Source: Octopus sinensis
Lineage: Eukaryota
Assembly (NCBI RefSeq): GCF_006345805.1
Contig: NC_042998.1
Location: 6,200,001 to 6,264,000 of the forward strand
Length of the DNA: 64,000 bases
Direction: 5' to 3'
Numbering within the stretch: the first letter of the stretch is position 1; each line of letters opens with the position of its first letter. Positions 36,228 through 48,778 of the stretch are shown here, one piece after another. Under the pieces are notes generated by a model. The model was not told where the DNA came from and did no database searches. It saw nothing but the letters and a program-made list of their open reading frames with translations. Position numbers and translations under genes: made by a program.

Positions 36228-37686
36228 GGTAAAGGTAAAGGTGATGCCCTAGATACAAATAACTACAGAGGTATCAAGCTGTTGGACCAGGTGATGAAGG
36301 TTACGGAGAGAGTCATAGCCCAACTAATTAGAGAGAGAGTTAGTTTAGATGAGATGCAGTTTGGGTTTGTGCCAGGGAAAAGTACTACTGATGCTATATT
36401 CCTGGTAAGGCAGCTGCAGGAGAAATACCTAGCCAAAGATAAGCCCCTGTACCTGGCTTTTGTTGACATGGAGAAAGCCTTCGACAGGGTCCCCCGATCC
36501 CTTATGTGGTGGGCAATGAGGAAACTATGGATAGATGAATGGTTAGTGAGAGCTGTGCGGGCCATGTACAGGGACGCCGCTAGTAGGGTGAGGGTTGGAA
36601 ATGTGTACAGTGAAGAATTCCGGGTAGAGGTAGGAGTCCACCAAGGCTCAGTACTCAGCCCCCTCCTATTTATCATAGTCCTCCAGGCAATAACGGAGGA
36701 ATTCAAGACAGGATGCCCTTGGGAGCTCCTCTATGCTGATGACCTTGCTCTAATTGCTGAGTCGCTATCAGAACTGGAGGAGAAGTTTCAGGTGTGGAAA
36801 CAAGGATTAGAATCGAAGGGCCTCAGAGTCAATCTAGCTAAAACCAAAGTCGTAATCAGTAGGAAGGTAGACAAATCACAAACACCTTCAGGTAGATGGC
36901 CCTGCTCGATCTGTAGAAAAGGTGTAGGTAGAAACTCTATAAGATGCACCAAGTGTAAGCTATGGACACATAAGAGATGCAGCAATGTCAAAGGAAGGCT
37001 AACTAGGAAGATGGTTTTTGTATGTGGCAGATGCTCAGGAACAATAACACTGAAAATGCTCTGAGACCAACTTCCGTCACTTTCCAGGAGAAAAACTAGA
37101 AATAGTTGATAGTTTCCGTACCTAGGTGACCAAGTCAGCAGCGGGGGCGGGTGTGCTGAAAGTGTAACTGCTAGAGTAAGAATAGCTTGGGCAAAGTTCA
37201 GAGAGCTCTTACCTCTGCTGGGACAAAAGGCCTCTCGCACAGAGTGAAAGGCAGACTGTATGATGCGTGTGTACGAACAGCCATGCTACATGGCAGTGAA
37301 ACATGGGCCGTGACTGCTGAGGATATGCGTAAGCTCGCTAGAAATGAAGCCAGTATGCTCCGATGGATGTGTAATGCCGGTACTCACACTCGGCAGAGTG
37401 TAAGTACCTTGAGAGAAAAGCTGGACCTAAGAAGAATCAGCAGTGTGGTGTGCAAGAGAGACGTTTGCGCTGGTATGGTCATGTGGCGAGAATGGATGAA
37501 GATAGTTGTGTGAAAAAGTGCCACACCCTAGCGGTTGAGGGAACCTGTGGAAGAGGCAGACCCAGGAAAACCTGGGACGAGGTGGTGAAGCACGACCTTC
37601 GAACTTTAGGTCTCACTGAGGGGAAATGACTAGAGACCGAGACCTCTGGAAGTGTGCTGTGCGCGAGAAGACCGGCAGGACAAGTG
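36228..37686 (+). pseudogene. RTE reverse transcriptase ORF remnant (RT, PHD finger, thumb/C-terminus), frameshifted after about 37050
   Basis: NYRGIKLL, QFGFVPGKSTTDAIF, FVDMEKAFDRVP, GVHQGSVLSPLLF, LYADDL; then YLGD, GRLYDACVRTAMLHGSETW, RWYGHVARM, GRGRPRKTW in shifted frames. Confidence 0.95.
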
Positions 37687-38285
37687 AGTCCATAACCTGT
37701 GGCCTTCTACATGGGAAGGAGCCAGCCTACGTATGCATACCTTCCCTTCTTGGGACACAAAACTCTACTTGTGAAGACGTGATGAGGCAAGTGAGGATCA
37801 GAATCGAAATCGATCAATGGAAATTGCGGATGTGCTACCAGTGCCGGTGGCATGTCAAAACTCTGCTTGTGAAGACCCGTTGAGGCAAGTGACGATCAGA
37901 ATCGAAATCGATCAATGGAAATTGCAGATGTGTTACCAGTGCCGGTGGCATGTAAGAGAACTTTCCGTTTCGCGACCGTTGCCAGCACCGCCCCGTTTCG
38001 TGTCCGTTGCCAGCCTCGCCTGGCCCTCGTGCCGGTGGCACATAAAAAGCACCATCCGTTCGTGGCCGTTTGCCAGCTCTGTCTGGCACCAGTGCGGGTG
38101 GCACGTAAAAAGCACCCACTACACTCACGGAGTGGTTGGCGTTAGGAAGGGCATCCAGCCGTAGAAACACTGCCAGATTTGACTGGGCCTGATGAAGCCT
38201 TCTGGCTTCACAGACCCCAGTAGAACCGTCCAACCCATGCTAGCATGGAAAACGGACGCTAAACGATGATGATGATGATGATGAT
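36228..38285 (+). mobile_element. 5'-truncated RTE-clade LINE
   Basis: RT ORF remnant, 3' UTR with ggcgttaggaagggcatccagc, and (GAT)n tail. Confidence 0.95.
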
Positions 38286-38466
38286 TTTCATTGACCACGA
38301 CCTGTTCACTGACAAAATTCCATGCTGCATCTGTTTATTTTACTTTACTGGTGCCAAAAGGGTGAAAGACAAAGTTTACTTCAGTGAAATGTGAACTGAG
38401 AGTGTAAAGACTCACAAAAAATTAACCAAAATACTCTTTCAAAGCTTTAATAATTCTGCTATGTAA

Positions 38467-38847
38467 TCTTTATATATAAAAGTGAGGTTGTGTGCTGTCT
38501 GTCTCCTACGATTTAGATTCCTAACTACTCCCACATTTTGCGGTGTAGTTTAACCAAAACCAGGTATCTTATAGTCGTGATTCATATCGAGCCCTTCTGG
38601 GTATTAGTGCGCGTCTACGATGAGTCTACGATTTAAAAAAAAATTTACCATCAATTTTTCCCATTTTTAATGCATTTTTGGCATAAGGGAAATAACTCTC
38701 TAAAAATTCATTATTAAATCTCAGAACGTAAAAAGATACAGTAACACCACCCCCCTTTGTGGTCAGCCATATTGAGATGGCTATTAAACTTTACATCTCT
38801 AAAAATGCTTATATACAAACCCGAGCAATGCCGGGCGATACTGCTAG
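38467..38847 (+). mobile_element. Non-autonomous Helitron, same family as 15463-15762
   Basis: A|TCTTTATATATAAAAG ... cccgagcaatgccgggcgatactgCTAG|T. Confidence 0.9.
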
Positions 38848-39004
38848 TATTTGATAATTCCTTTGTTAGGGTCTGTGTTTCACTACCATGTAACAGCTAT
38901 TCTATGGCTATGCTGACAAAGAAATTATCAAACACAAGGATGCTATGAACAGTCCTATATGTGAAAAGGCAGTAACATGCAACAAATGAATGCCTTTATG
39001 GAAA

Positions 39005-39240
39005 CCTACCAAAAGTTATCAAGGAAATCAGGTAAAGATGACAGGTCAGTGCGTGCACCACCCTCCAACGGTAGCATCCAAATTACTCTTGTGGAAGCCA
39101 CTTCATGGTGATGTAAGATCAAAGAAATGTTGACACACATCAACAACTGGACTACAGACATTGGCCTAGAATGTATCCGGAACCTAGAGGCAGTGATGAC
39201 AGACCGAGAAGTGTGACATGTAGACATTGTGACTGCAGCC
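39005..39240 (+). mobile_element. Old RTE-clade LINE C-terminal fragment (different family)
   Basis: KMTGQCVHHPPTVASKLLLWKPLHG then ..DIGLECIRNLEAVMTDREV; resembles RTE C-terminal GHC.RH.....LW.P.HG. Confidence 0.55.
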
Positions 39241-39340
39241 GAAGTTAGAAGCCGGCCACAATGGTAAATAATATGAAATATTTTCATGTTGGTGTTGTTG
39301 TTTAAACCTGGGCCATCAATGACTGAATATACTTATAACA

Positions 39341-39743
39341 GTGGCTGTGTGGTAAGTAGCTTGCTAACCAACCACATGGTTCCGGGTTCAGTCCAACTGC
39401 GTGGCATCTTGGGCAAGTGTCTTCTGCTATAGCCCCGGGCCAACCAAAGCCTTGTGAGTGGATTTGGTAGACGGAAACTGAAAGAAGCCTGTCGTATATA
39501 TGTATAAATATACATGCGTGTGTGTGTTTCTGTGTCTGTGTTTGTGTTTGTCCCCCTAGCATTGCTTGACAACCGATGCTGGTGTGTTTACGTCCCCATC
39601 ACTTAGCAGTTCGGCAAAAGAGACCGATAGAAAAAGTACTGGGCTTTCACAGAATAAGTCCCAGGGTCGATTTGATCGACTAAAGGCGGTGCTCCAGCAT
39701 GGCCACAGTCAAATGACTGAAACAAATAAAAGAGTAAAAGAGT
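39341..39743 (+). mobile_element. SINE family A
   Basis: Nearly complete element. Confidence 0.9.
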
Positions 39744-39774
39744 ATTCCAACATGAACATCTCTTTCTTACTCAG

Positions 39775-40070
39775 GTAAAGGGTAAAGACCCTTTTGGTCA
39801 TGATTAACCATGGGATGGCATCTAAAAATTTCCTCTCCAAAGCACAAGTCCAGTAAGTCTTTAAGGAAGACCAACATTTGGCCATGTATACCAGCCTCTC
39901 CTCTCACTGCCACTGATGTTATCCACGGGAAAAGCAAGCACCGATACAGCTTGGCACCAGTGATGTTGCAACTCATTTCTACAGCTGAGTGAACTGGACC
40001 AATGTGAAATAAATTGTTTTGCTCAAGAACACAACACAAAACCCAGTCCAGGAATTGAACCCAAAACGGT
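39775..40070 (-). mobile_element. SINE family C-related, different tail
   Basis: Reverse complement gggttcaattcctggactggg...gtgttcttgagcaaaacaatttatttcacattggtccagttcactcagctgtagaaatgag. Confidence 0.65.
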
Positions 40071-40574
40071 ACTAAATGATATACAAAAGCTCAGGCTGCT
40101 ATATCTAGCAATTCAAACAACCATGTAGTGGTTTCTTCATTGGCTTTCATGCTAATATATGTAGGCAGTGGTAATATAATATCAAGCTGGTCTCATTTGC
40201 TATTAGAAATTATATGCGTAGTTTCCAAAGGACCGAAAATTTCCAATAAAAATTCTAACAAACAGTTGAGGAAAATGACACCAAAAAGACCCAAAAAAAA
40301 ACAAAAATAAAACAAAAAAAGAATCACATAACGAGAGAAAAGATCAGAGCTTCCAACCATCAACAGTGTAACCAAATTATTTATTACAAATTGAATTCCA
40401 GTGCTGAGAGAAAATTAAGTTATTATTTCAAAGAATTACTCTATATGAACAAACACACGTATAAGAATTACATTGATGACCATTAAAAAACGGTAAGAAA
40501 CAAGTCATCGAGGCAAAATTACAATATTCACTTATTTAAGTAAATGAAGTTTAGAGGGAAATGAGGAAAAAGAA

Positions 40575-40602
40575 AAAAAATTATACATATATTTATTTAT
40601 TT

Positions 40603-40644
<42 letters not shown>

Positions 40645-40725
40645 TGTATATATATATATATATGTATACAAACATACACATATATACAAACATACATTTA
40701 TATATGTATACATACATACACACAG

Positions 40726-40771
<46 letters not shown>

Positions 40772-40931
40772 CATATACAATTATATATATGTATATATAC
40801 ATACATTCATACATATATGTACATACATTCATACAAACATACATACATATGTATATACAAACGCAAATAAATACATGCATATACATATATATACATGTAT
40901 ATATACATACATATTCACATACATATTTACA

Positions 40932-40967
<36 letters not shown>

Positions 40968-42797
40968 CACATATATGTAAAAATGAGTGTATATAAAGAC
41001 ACATATATATATGCATGCATGCATACATATATAACCCATACATATATATAGCCCTTTTATATCTATTATATATATATATATATATAAATTATTTCTTCTC
41101 AAGTTAAATTAAACATCAAAATAAAAACTGAAGTGAAATGGAAAGTGTGTTGGTGTTACACACACACACACACCCACACTAAAATATACATACAGGCAGA
41201 TACGCACACAAATGCACCATGAAAGTACACATCCCTACAGAAAAGAAAACACACACACACACACACAAAAACATGTCACGCACATACAAATGCACGATGC
41301 ACTCAAACTCATACACAAGAGTATATTTGTGAGCATACAAATAGTTGCTACATACAATATGCACAAAGACAAACACACATGTATACAAATATACAGATAC
41401 ACATACACAAACGTAAAAAGTAGGTGTGTATACGCACGCACACATGCATATATACTCGCATATAATATTCATTCAAGAGTTGTTTTTTTTTATTATTGAC
41501 AGCAAATGATTATTAGAATTCATTAAAGGAGGAACGACTTGTTTATTTTTCAAGTTAGGCAACTTTTCTTCTTTCTTTAAGACAAAACCGATCATTGCCC
41601 CTACGACTGTTGCTCAAATACTTTTGCATTCGTCTTCCTATTTACATTTACTTCCAAATGCAAATTGCAGCTCTTAGCAAAATATATATACATATATAAA
41701 GATATATATACATACACACACAAACACACACATATATATATATATTTATGTACACGTGTGCACATGTGTGTGTCTGTAAGTGTGTATTTGTACATATAAA
41801 GATAAGTATATATATATATATATATATATATACATACACACACACATATATATACATACACACATATATATATATATATACACACATATATATATATATA
41901 TATGTATATACATGTGTGCTCATGTGCATGTATGTAAGTGTGTTTGTACATATAAAGATATATGTGTGTGTGTCTGTTGACTTACAGTTTAAGTGAATGC
42001 ATGCATCCATGTCTGCATGTATGCATATGTACATGACCATGTATGCAACAGAGGACAACAACAACAACAGCCACACAATAATTTTGGGCAAGATCTGCAA
42101 ATGCACACTTAAACAGCCCTAAATTTAAATGTACGATTAAATATGTCCATGTACAGATGTAATTGCGCTAATCTATTGCAACAATTGTATGCAGTAATGA
42201 ATGCACATGCAAATGTTGTGCAATTATAGTTCAGCATATATATATATATATATATATATGCAAGTTACAGAAATGACATGCATATGCACATTAAAATATG
42301 GTAAACAATGCATATGAAATCGTTATTATTTGGCAGTTGGAAGGCCATAAAGTGAAGTTTGAATCTGGTTATAAAAATTTAGTCTTTAACCATGTAAAAC
42401 GTGCACCCTTAGATTTTATAAAATGGCAGACAGCTGTAGGGTAGTGTCATGCGTGTGTGTGTGTGTGAGGGGGCGGGTTGTGTTTGGATGTGTCTACAAA
42501 TACAAATATAGCTATGCTAGTGTTCTCTATGTGTATGTGCATATCTGATGTAATTGATAAGGTGTGCGGGTAAGTGTGTACTGTGTATGTATCTGGATAG
42601 GTAAGAATGTCCGTATTAGACATTCAGGTGGATATGTCATTATTGGTGTTGGTGGGTGAATAGATAAGTGCTGTTCTAAAGGTGTGTTTGAAGGAATAGG
42701 TGTGTAGGTATGTATGTGTAAGATATGAGTGTAAGCATGTATGCATATGTAGTTATACACACACACACATATATACATATATATATATATGCATGTG

Positions 42798-42830
<33 letters not shown>

Positions 42831-43100
42831 ATATATATATATATGTGTGTATATATATGTATGTGAATATATATATATATATATATATGGTCCAACCCAT
42901 GCTAGCATGGAAAACGGACGTTAAATGATGATGATGATGATGTATGTATATATATGTATGTGTGTATATATATATATATAGGTATGTGTGAAGGTATGTC
43001 TTTGGAACATGTATGTGTAAGATATGAGTGTAAGCATGTATGTATAGGTAGTTATACACATATATATATATATATAATATATATATGTGTGTATATATTG

Positions 43101-43139
<39 letters not shown>

Positions 43140-43160
43140 GGTATGTGTGAAGGTATGTCT
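40575..43160. repeat. Extended TA/CA/TG microsatellite-rich low-complexity zone
   Basis: Direct reading; includes an RTE tail at about 42888-42942 and a local duplication (ggtatgtgtgaaggtatgtctttggaa at 42981 and 43140). Confidence 0.85.
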
Positions 43161-43849
43161 TTGGAATATGAGCCTACAAGTGTAGGTGTGTTATTGTATG
43201 CATAGCTGTTTGTGTGTGGGCATATATGAATATTGTCGTTATAATGATCATTTGTGTGTTTACATGCATGTACGTATGTGTGAGTGTGTGTGTGTGCGTG
43301 CGTGAGATGTATGAGTGAGTGTGCATGTGAGAGAGAATCTTGTCATTATAGAAATCTGATTAATCTGACATTTACATATGTTCTTATTAGAGAAAATATT
43401 TTAATGACTGGCTCTCGGTCAATCTTATTATGTATCTGACTCGCATAACTGTGTCTTGTTGCCAGTGAACTAACTCAGGCAAGATACAGCCATAGAGAGA
43501 TGTTTTAAACATCAATTACTAGACTCAAGTCTAGTAAAGTTACAAATAATATCAAAGACAATGGTAACCAAACTAGGGTCCAAGGTACTCCATGGTTTCA
43601 TAAATGCAGTACCTGGGGGTCCACAGGCTCCTACATGCTTTACAAAATGTATCTGAGACCTCTGAGTTGAATTAAAATATGTGTGGACTAGATAAACCAT
43701 TGAAAATGCTGGTGGTTCCTGCTGGAAATTTACTTAAATGAAAAGAAACATTTATGTACATATGGTATGTAGCAACTGTTTGTGTGATCACAAATATACT
43801 CTTGTGTATGAGTTTGAGTGCATTGTGCTTAGAGGCATTTCATTTTTCT

Positions 43850-44003
43850 TTACATTCTGAGTTCAAATGCTGCCAAGGTCGTCTTTGTATTTCATCTTTT
43901 TGGGGTTGATAGATTAAGTACCAGTGAAACACTGGGGTCGATATAATCGACAAGTCACCCTCCTCCAAAATTTCAGGCCTTGTGCCTTTAGTAGACAGGA
44001 TCA
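43850..44003 (+). mobile_element. SINE family B, tail variant 2, 5'-truncated
   Basis: ttctgagttcaaatgctgcc...ccctcctccaaaatttcaggccttgtgcc. Confidence 0.8.
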
Positions 44004-44540
44004 TCATCATCATCATCATCATCATCACTATTATCATTATTATCATTTTATTAGAACATAGAAGTGAATTTGTCCCACTTTTTTGAAACTTCAGAGATTT
44101 TCTTTACTATCAAAAGGATATACATTTTATTGTCTGATTTATAAAAAAAAAAAAAAAAAGAAACACTCCAAAGAAGCATAACCTTAAACCAAAATATTCA
44201 TGATACCAAAGACTAAATTATTCCCCAAAATAGCAGATTCCAGCTATACAACAAAATGTGCAGCTACACAGTATATACAAGGAAGATAGGAGTTAATTGA
44301 AAGACTAATACGGAGGCAAAAATTAAGTTATGTCTAATTGAAGCAGGCTGTTCATAGGTCATGGAAATGTATGTCACTAATAAGGTGTTTTTGTAATGGA
44401 AAGATCATCGACAAGAAACCAAGTAACTGGTATTTAGGAAGCATTCAAAGAAATTCTCTTAGGAGATAAGAAACTTCTAGATTATGGATATTTTACATAT
44501 TTAGCGTTTCTTTTAGCCATTACCCAGCAATTTTTTTTAA

Positions 44541-44613
44541 TAAATAATAATAATAATAATAATAAGAAGAAGAAGAAGAAGAAGGAGAAGAAGAAGAAGA
44601 AGAAGAAGAAGAA

Positions 44614-44645
<32 letters not shown>

Positions 44646-44697
44646 AGAAGAGGGAAGAAGAAGAAGAAGAAGAAGAAGGAGAAGAAGAAGAAGAAGT
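44541..44697. repeat. (AAT)n followed by a long (AAG)n tract
   Basis: Direct reading. Confidence 0.95.
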
Positions 44698-45024
44698 TTC
44701 TTTATTTTTTTTTATTCTATATTTTTTTTCATTTTAATTGACCGAAAATAGAACTGCATTCATAATCTGAAGTGAGATATTCTCTGTAGATTTAGTAAAA
44801 TATTGGTCATGTTTTTGTTACTGCTAGTAGGTAGATATATCAAAGTAAATGGATAATTTTACTGAATGGATAGAACTTTCCTGTTTATTTTATTTTCTTT
44901 TAAACTAAGAAAATCATTGCCCAAGATTTATTACTGGGCCTCCAAAAATGGTGAGAGGGAGAGAGGTAAAACCAGACTGGACTCAAAACCACCAGGTATC
45001 AAAGTGAGCACTTATGGAGCAGTA

Positions 45025-45318
45025 TGAAAACGTTCCCAGCGCCGCCCCGACTGGCTTCCATGCCAGTGGCACATAAAAAGCACCATCCGATCATGGCCGT
45101 TTGCCAGCCTCGTCTGGCACCTGTGCCGGTGGCACGTAAAAAGCACCCACTACACTCATGGAGTGGTTGGCGTTAGGAAGGGCATCCAGCCATAGAAACA
45201 TTGCCAGATCAGACTGGGCCTGATGCAGCCTTCTGGCTTCCCAGACCCCAGTTGAAATGTCCAACCCATGCCAGAATGGAAAGCAGACGCTAAACGATGA
45301 TGATGATGATGATGATGA
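45025..45318 (+). mobile_element. RTE LINE 3' UTR fragment
   Basis: 63-bp unit, tail and (gat)n. Confidence 0.85.
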
Positions 45319-45329
45319 AATAACTCGTT

Positions 45330-46558
45330 TACCTCAGTTTTAACACCCTTTTTTTTTCGAAATAGTCACCTTCCACAGCAATAGTGGTCCCAGCATTCCT
45401 GCCAATTTTGGAATCCGGTCCAGAAATAGTTTCCCATAAGGGAATCAAGGACCTTCTATGATCTCGACAATGGTGTTAAAATGGCAACTTTTGAGCAGCA
45501 TTTTCATCTTGCGGAAGAGATGGAAGTCCACAGGTGCTAAATCTGGTGAATAGGGCAGGTGCAGAAGCAAAATCCTGTTGTTTTTGACAAGGAGCTCATG
45601 AATGAAGAGTGCTCAGTGACAGGGTGCCTTGTCGTCTTAAAGAATCAAATTTTTCATGCTCCACAGATTTGGTCACTTTCATCGAATTTCTTCCATCAAA
45701 TGCTTCAAAACGGTGCAGTAAAAATCGATTGACCGTCTGACCCTGGGGAATGAATTCTCAATGCACAATACCATATTTTCGGAGGTGACCCTCATGCCAG
45801 GTTTTCCAGATTGCTCATCGACTTCCATAGAAATTCTTCACCCATGACACTCAAAACGTTCCATACGACCTATTGTGTTGTTGCCATAATCTTGCCAAAG
45901 CATGCTCCAATGTCTCCGTAGCCGACTTCTCAAGTTTATCATAAAACTAGCAGTATAGCCTGGAGTTGCTTGGGTTTGTTTTTTAATTGTGCTTAAAACG
46001 GCAGACTTTGATGTCGCATTAACAAAGTTTTGACATAGTTTCAATCTTTTTTGCAAAGTAAAAATTTTGCATTATGTCTCTATAAGTAAACATTTTTCTG
46101 GTTGAAATACACTGAAAAATGGCGACACAGCAGTCAAAAATTCGTAAAAAATAGGGCACTTTTATTTTTAAAAATCACCTTTTTGATGCAAATAATTTTT
46201 GGTCTTAACATGGTCCGATTTGAATTTTATCTTCTACAGAATGAAGAGCAAACCTTCTTCTATCATACTTTCAATATTAGTCAATTTGCGTCACAGGGTC
46301 TCAAAGGAGATAGTGTTAGTTGAAGGCTACCAAACCTGTCACACACAGACAGACAACCTCAGCTTTATATGTATAGATTTCATGTTGTCTCTTTGTTCTT
46401 GTCTATGAGAAAATCATCGACTACAGCATACACATGATCACAAAAATGGAAATTTCACAACTTGCAAAGTAAAGACAGCAATGTCACTGCTAGCTCCTAC
46501 TGTGCATGCAACCATGTGCTGCCATCTGTTGGCACACTACAGAACTAGTCCGGGAATG
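45330..46558 (-). mobile_element. Mariner fossil interrupted by a Helitron
   Basis: EQRDNMK|FYDKLEKSATETL, GIVH*EFIPQGQTVN, DDKAPCH, LPYSPDLAPVDFHLFRKMK, VEGDYFE. Confidence 0.85.
45947..46377 (-). mobile_element. Non-autonomous Helitron (related subfamily)
   Basis: Minus strand A|TCTATACATATAAAGCTGAGGTTGT ... cccaagcaactccaggctatactgCTAG|T. Confidence 0.85.
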
Positions 46559-46569
46559 TATGTATATAT

Positions 46570-46800
46570 ATTTCTTTATTGCCCACAAGGGGCTAAACAT
46601 AGAGGGGACAAACAAGGACATACAAAGGGATTAAGTTGATTACATCAATCCCAGTGCATAACTGGTACTTATTTAATTGACCCTGGAAGGATGAAAGGTG
46701 ACTCGACCTCGGCAGAATTTGAACTAAGAACATAACAACAGACGAAATACTGCTAAGCATTTTGTCCCGTGTGCAAATGATTCTGCCAGCTCACCGCCTT
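46570..46800 (-). mobile_element. SINE family B monomer
   Basis: Full head, core and tail variant 1. Confidence 0.85.
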
Positions 46801-46969
46801 AATATTGTCATCATCATCATCATTTGCATCAATGTTTTCAAGTTTGCTTTTCCATGCTTGCATGTGTCAGGCAAGAATAGGTTATGGCATTGAGTTCTTT
46901 TATTATTTATTTTTCTACAGCCAGATGCCCTTCTGCCTGTTTACAAATGTGGTAATTATCTTCCAGAGA

Positions 46970-47269
46970 TAATACAGTTCTATATTTAAGAGATGAGGAA
47001 TTACGTACATTATTTACATTCGACGGATATTTGTCCTCAGCTTGTTAGTTAACACAACGACTCGGCTGATATACCCTCCAGCCTTCTTCAGGTGTCATGG
47101 AGAAATTTCGAACCTGGGTATTTTTCAATGTTATTATTATTATTGTTATTGTTCAGGTCACTGCTTGGAATCAAACTCAGAATCTTGGAGTTTGCAGCCT
47201 GCACTCTTAAGCACTATGCCACATGCCCGTGGGCATATGGCGTAGTGGTCAAATGTAAATAATGTAAAT
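46970..47269. mobile_element. tRNA-headed, hammerhead-bearing element, fold-back copy 2
   Basis: Same tail, hammerhead, (AAT)n and tRNA head as 35411-35706; 12-bp TSD atcttccagaga (46958-46969 and 47270-47281). Confidence 0.8.
47051..47096 (-). ncRNA. Hammerhead family 1, copy C (GAAA mutated)
   Basis: GACAC-CUGAAGA-A-GGCUG-gaggguauau-CAGCC-GAGU-CGUU-GUGUU. Confidence 0.65.
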
Positions 47270-47718
47270 ATCTTCCAGAGAAATAGACAAGATACAATCT
47301 GGATTTGCTTACATGGAGAACTGGAGACAAATGAAACCAAAATTCGCTTCTGCATTTGCAAAGATTGCACAACATATCCAAACATAACAAGGAACCCCAA
47401 ATTGTACTCATAGAGTACTACAAGCAAAGGACATTGTTGGCAAATCATTATTTATAACCAGCAAGCAACAAGGAAAATACGAAATCACTCACACGATCCA
47501 GGAGTCAAACCCCACAATCTAACCCTTGAGTGCAAAAGCTTCATCACTAAGCCACATGGATAAAAAATACGCAATGGGCTTCATTCAGTTTCCATGTATC
47601 AAATTCGCTCAAGAGGCTTAGGGCTATAGTAGAGGAGATATGGCCAGGGTTGAGAAGCAAGCATCTTAATCATACTTGCATCTATCATCAATATATTCTC
47701 CATACATAGACATACATA

Positions 47719-48093
47719 GGCGCAGGAGTGGCTGTGTGGTAAGTAGCTTGCTTACCAACCACATGCGTGGCATCTTGGGCAAGTGTCTTCTACTATAGCC
47801 TCGGGCCGACCAAAGCCTTGTGAGTGGATTTGGTAGACGTAAACTGAAAGAAGCCCGTCGTATATATGTATATATATATATATATGTGTATGTTTGTGTC
47901 TGTGTTTGTCCCCCTAGCATTGCTTGACAACCGATGCTGGTGTGTTTACGTCGCCGTCACCTAGCGGTTCGGCAAAAACAACCGATAGAATAAGTACTGG
48001 GCTTACAAAGAATAAGTTCTGCGGTCGATTTGCTCGACTAAAGGCGGTGCTCCAGCATGGCCACAGTCAAATGACTGAAACAAGTAGAAGAGT
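47719..48093 (+). mobile_element. SINE family A lacking box B
   Basis: accaaccacat|gcgtggcatc: the ggttccgggttcagtcccact segment is deleted. Confidence 0.9.
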
Positions 48094-48778
48094 ACACACA
48101 CACATACAAAAAAACATACTTTAGTACTAACGTGAAATGTTACCGTTGAGTTTTATCGTATTACACTACAGCCACAACTACCAGTATTTAACTGCACCAT
48201 ACACATATTTACTCTCTACCAAGTCTCTCTCTACTACTAATCAATACTTGATCAATTTACTACTATAACTATTGAATAATGCAACAACAACAACAACAAC
48301 TGATATCCAATATGCAGCTATATACTCTCAGACAGCTATACTACAGCAATTGTGCAGCAACATTGCAACAACTACAGCAACTGTGTGCTTCAATGTAATA
48401 ACGTAACAACCACTACCGCCAACACTATGCAGAATTTCAACAAACACTGCTGCTGCTCCTGCTACTTCAACCTCCGCCACCACCACTTTATACAGCAGTA
48501 GTCTAACAGGAAATGCTATTACTGACCACAATGCAATACCTTTACAATGACAATGACCACAAAGCGGCAGTAATATGAAGCCTACCATGACCACCACCAG
48601 GACCTATACCAACACCAACTCCCATTACCACCATCAGACTAAACCAATAGTAATTCAAGTCAACCAAGGAGGCCCTTGATAAGTTGTATGTACCACTAGA
48701 AATAGCAGCCTACTTACTTTCAAATCGTACTTTCACTAATGAAGAACAGACTGAATAGTGAGGTCTTACATACACCAC

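Noticed and set aside
38189-38213. CUGAUGA followed by a stem in the RTE tail, as a hammerhead
   Set aside because: No GAAA follows stem II; the bases form a simple hairpin, and other copies read ctggtgcag or ctgatgcag.
43449-43489. Pre-miRNA hairpin
   Set aside because: Only about 10 paired bases; too short, and no recognisable mature miRNA.
48328-48597. V/A-rich ORF
   Set aside because: Lies in decayed CAA/CAC/TAC trinucleotide low-complexity sequence with no clear splice signals.
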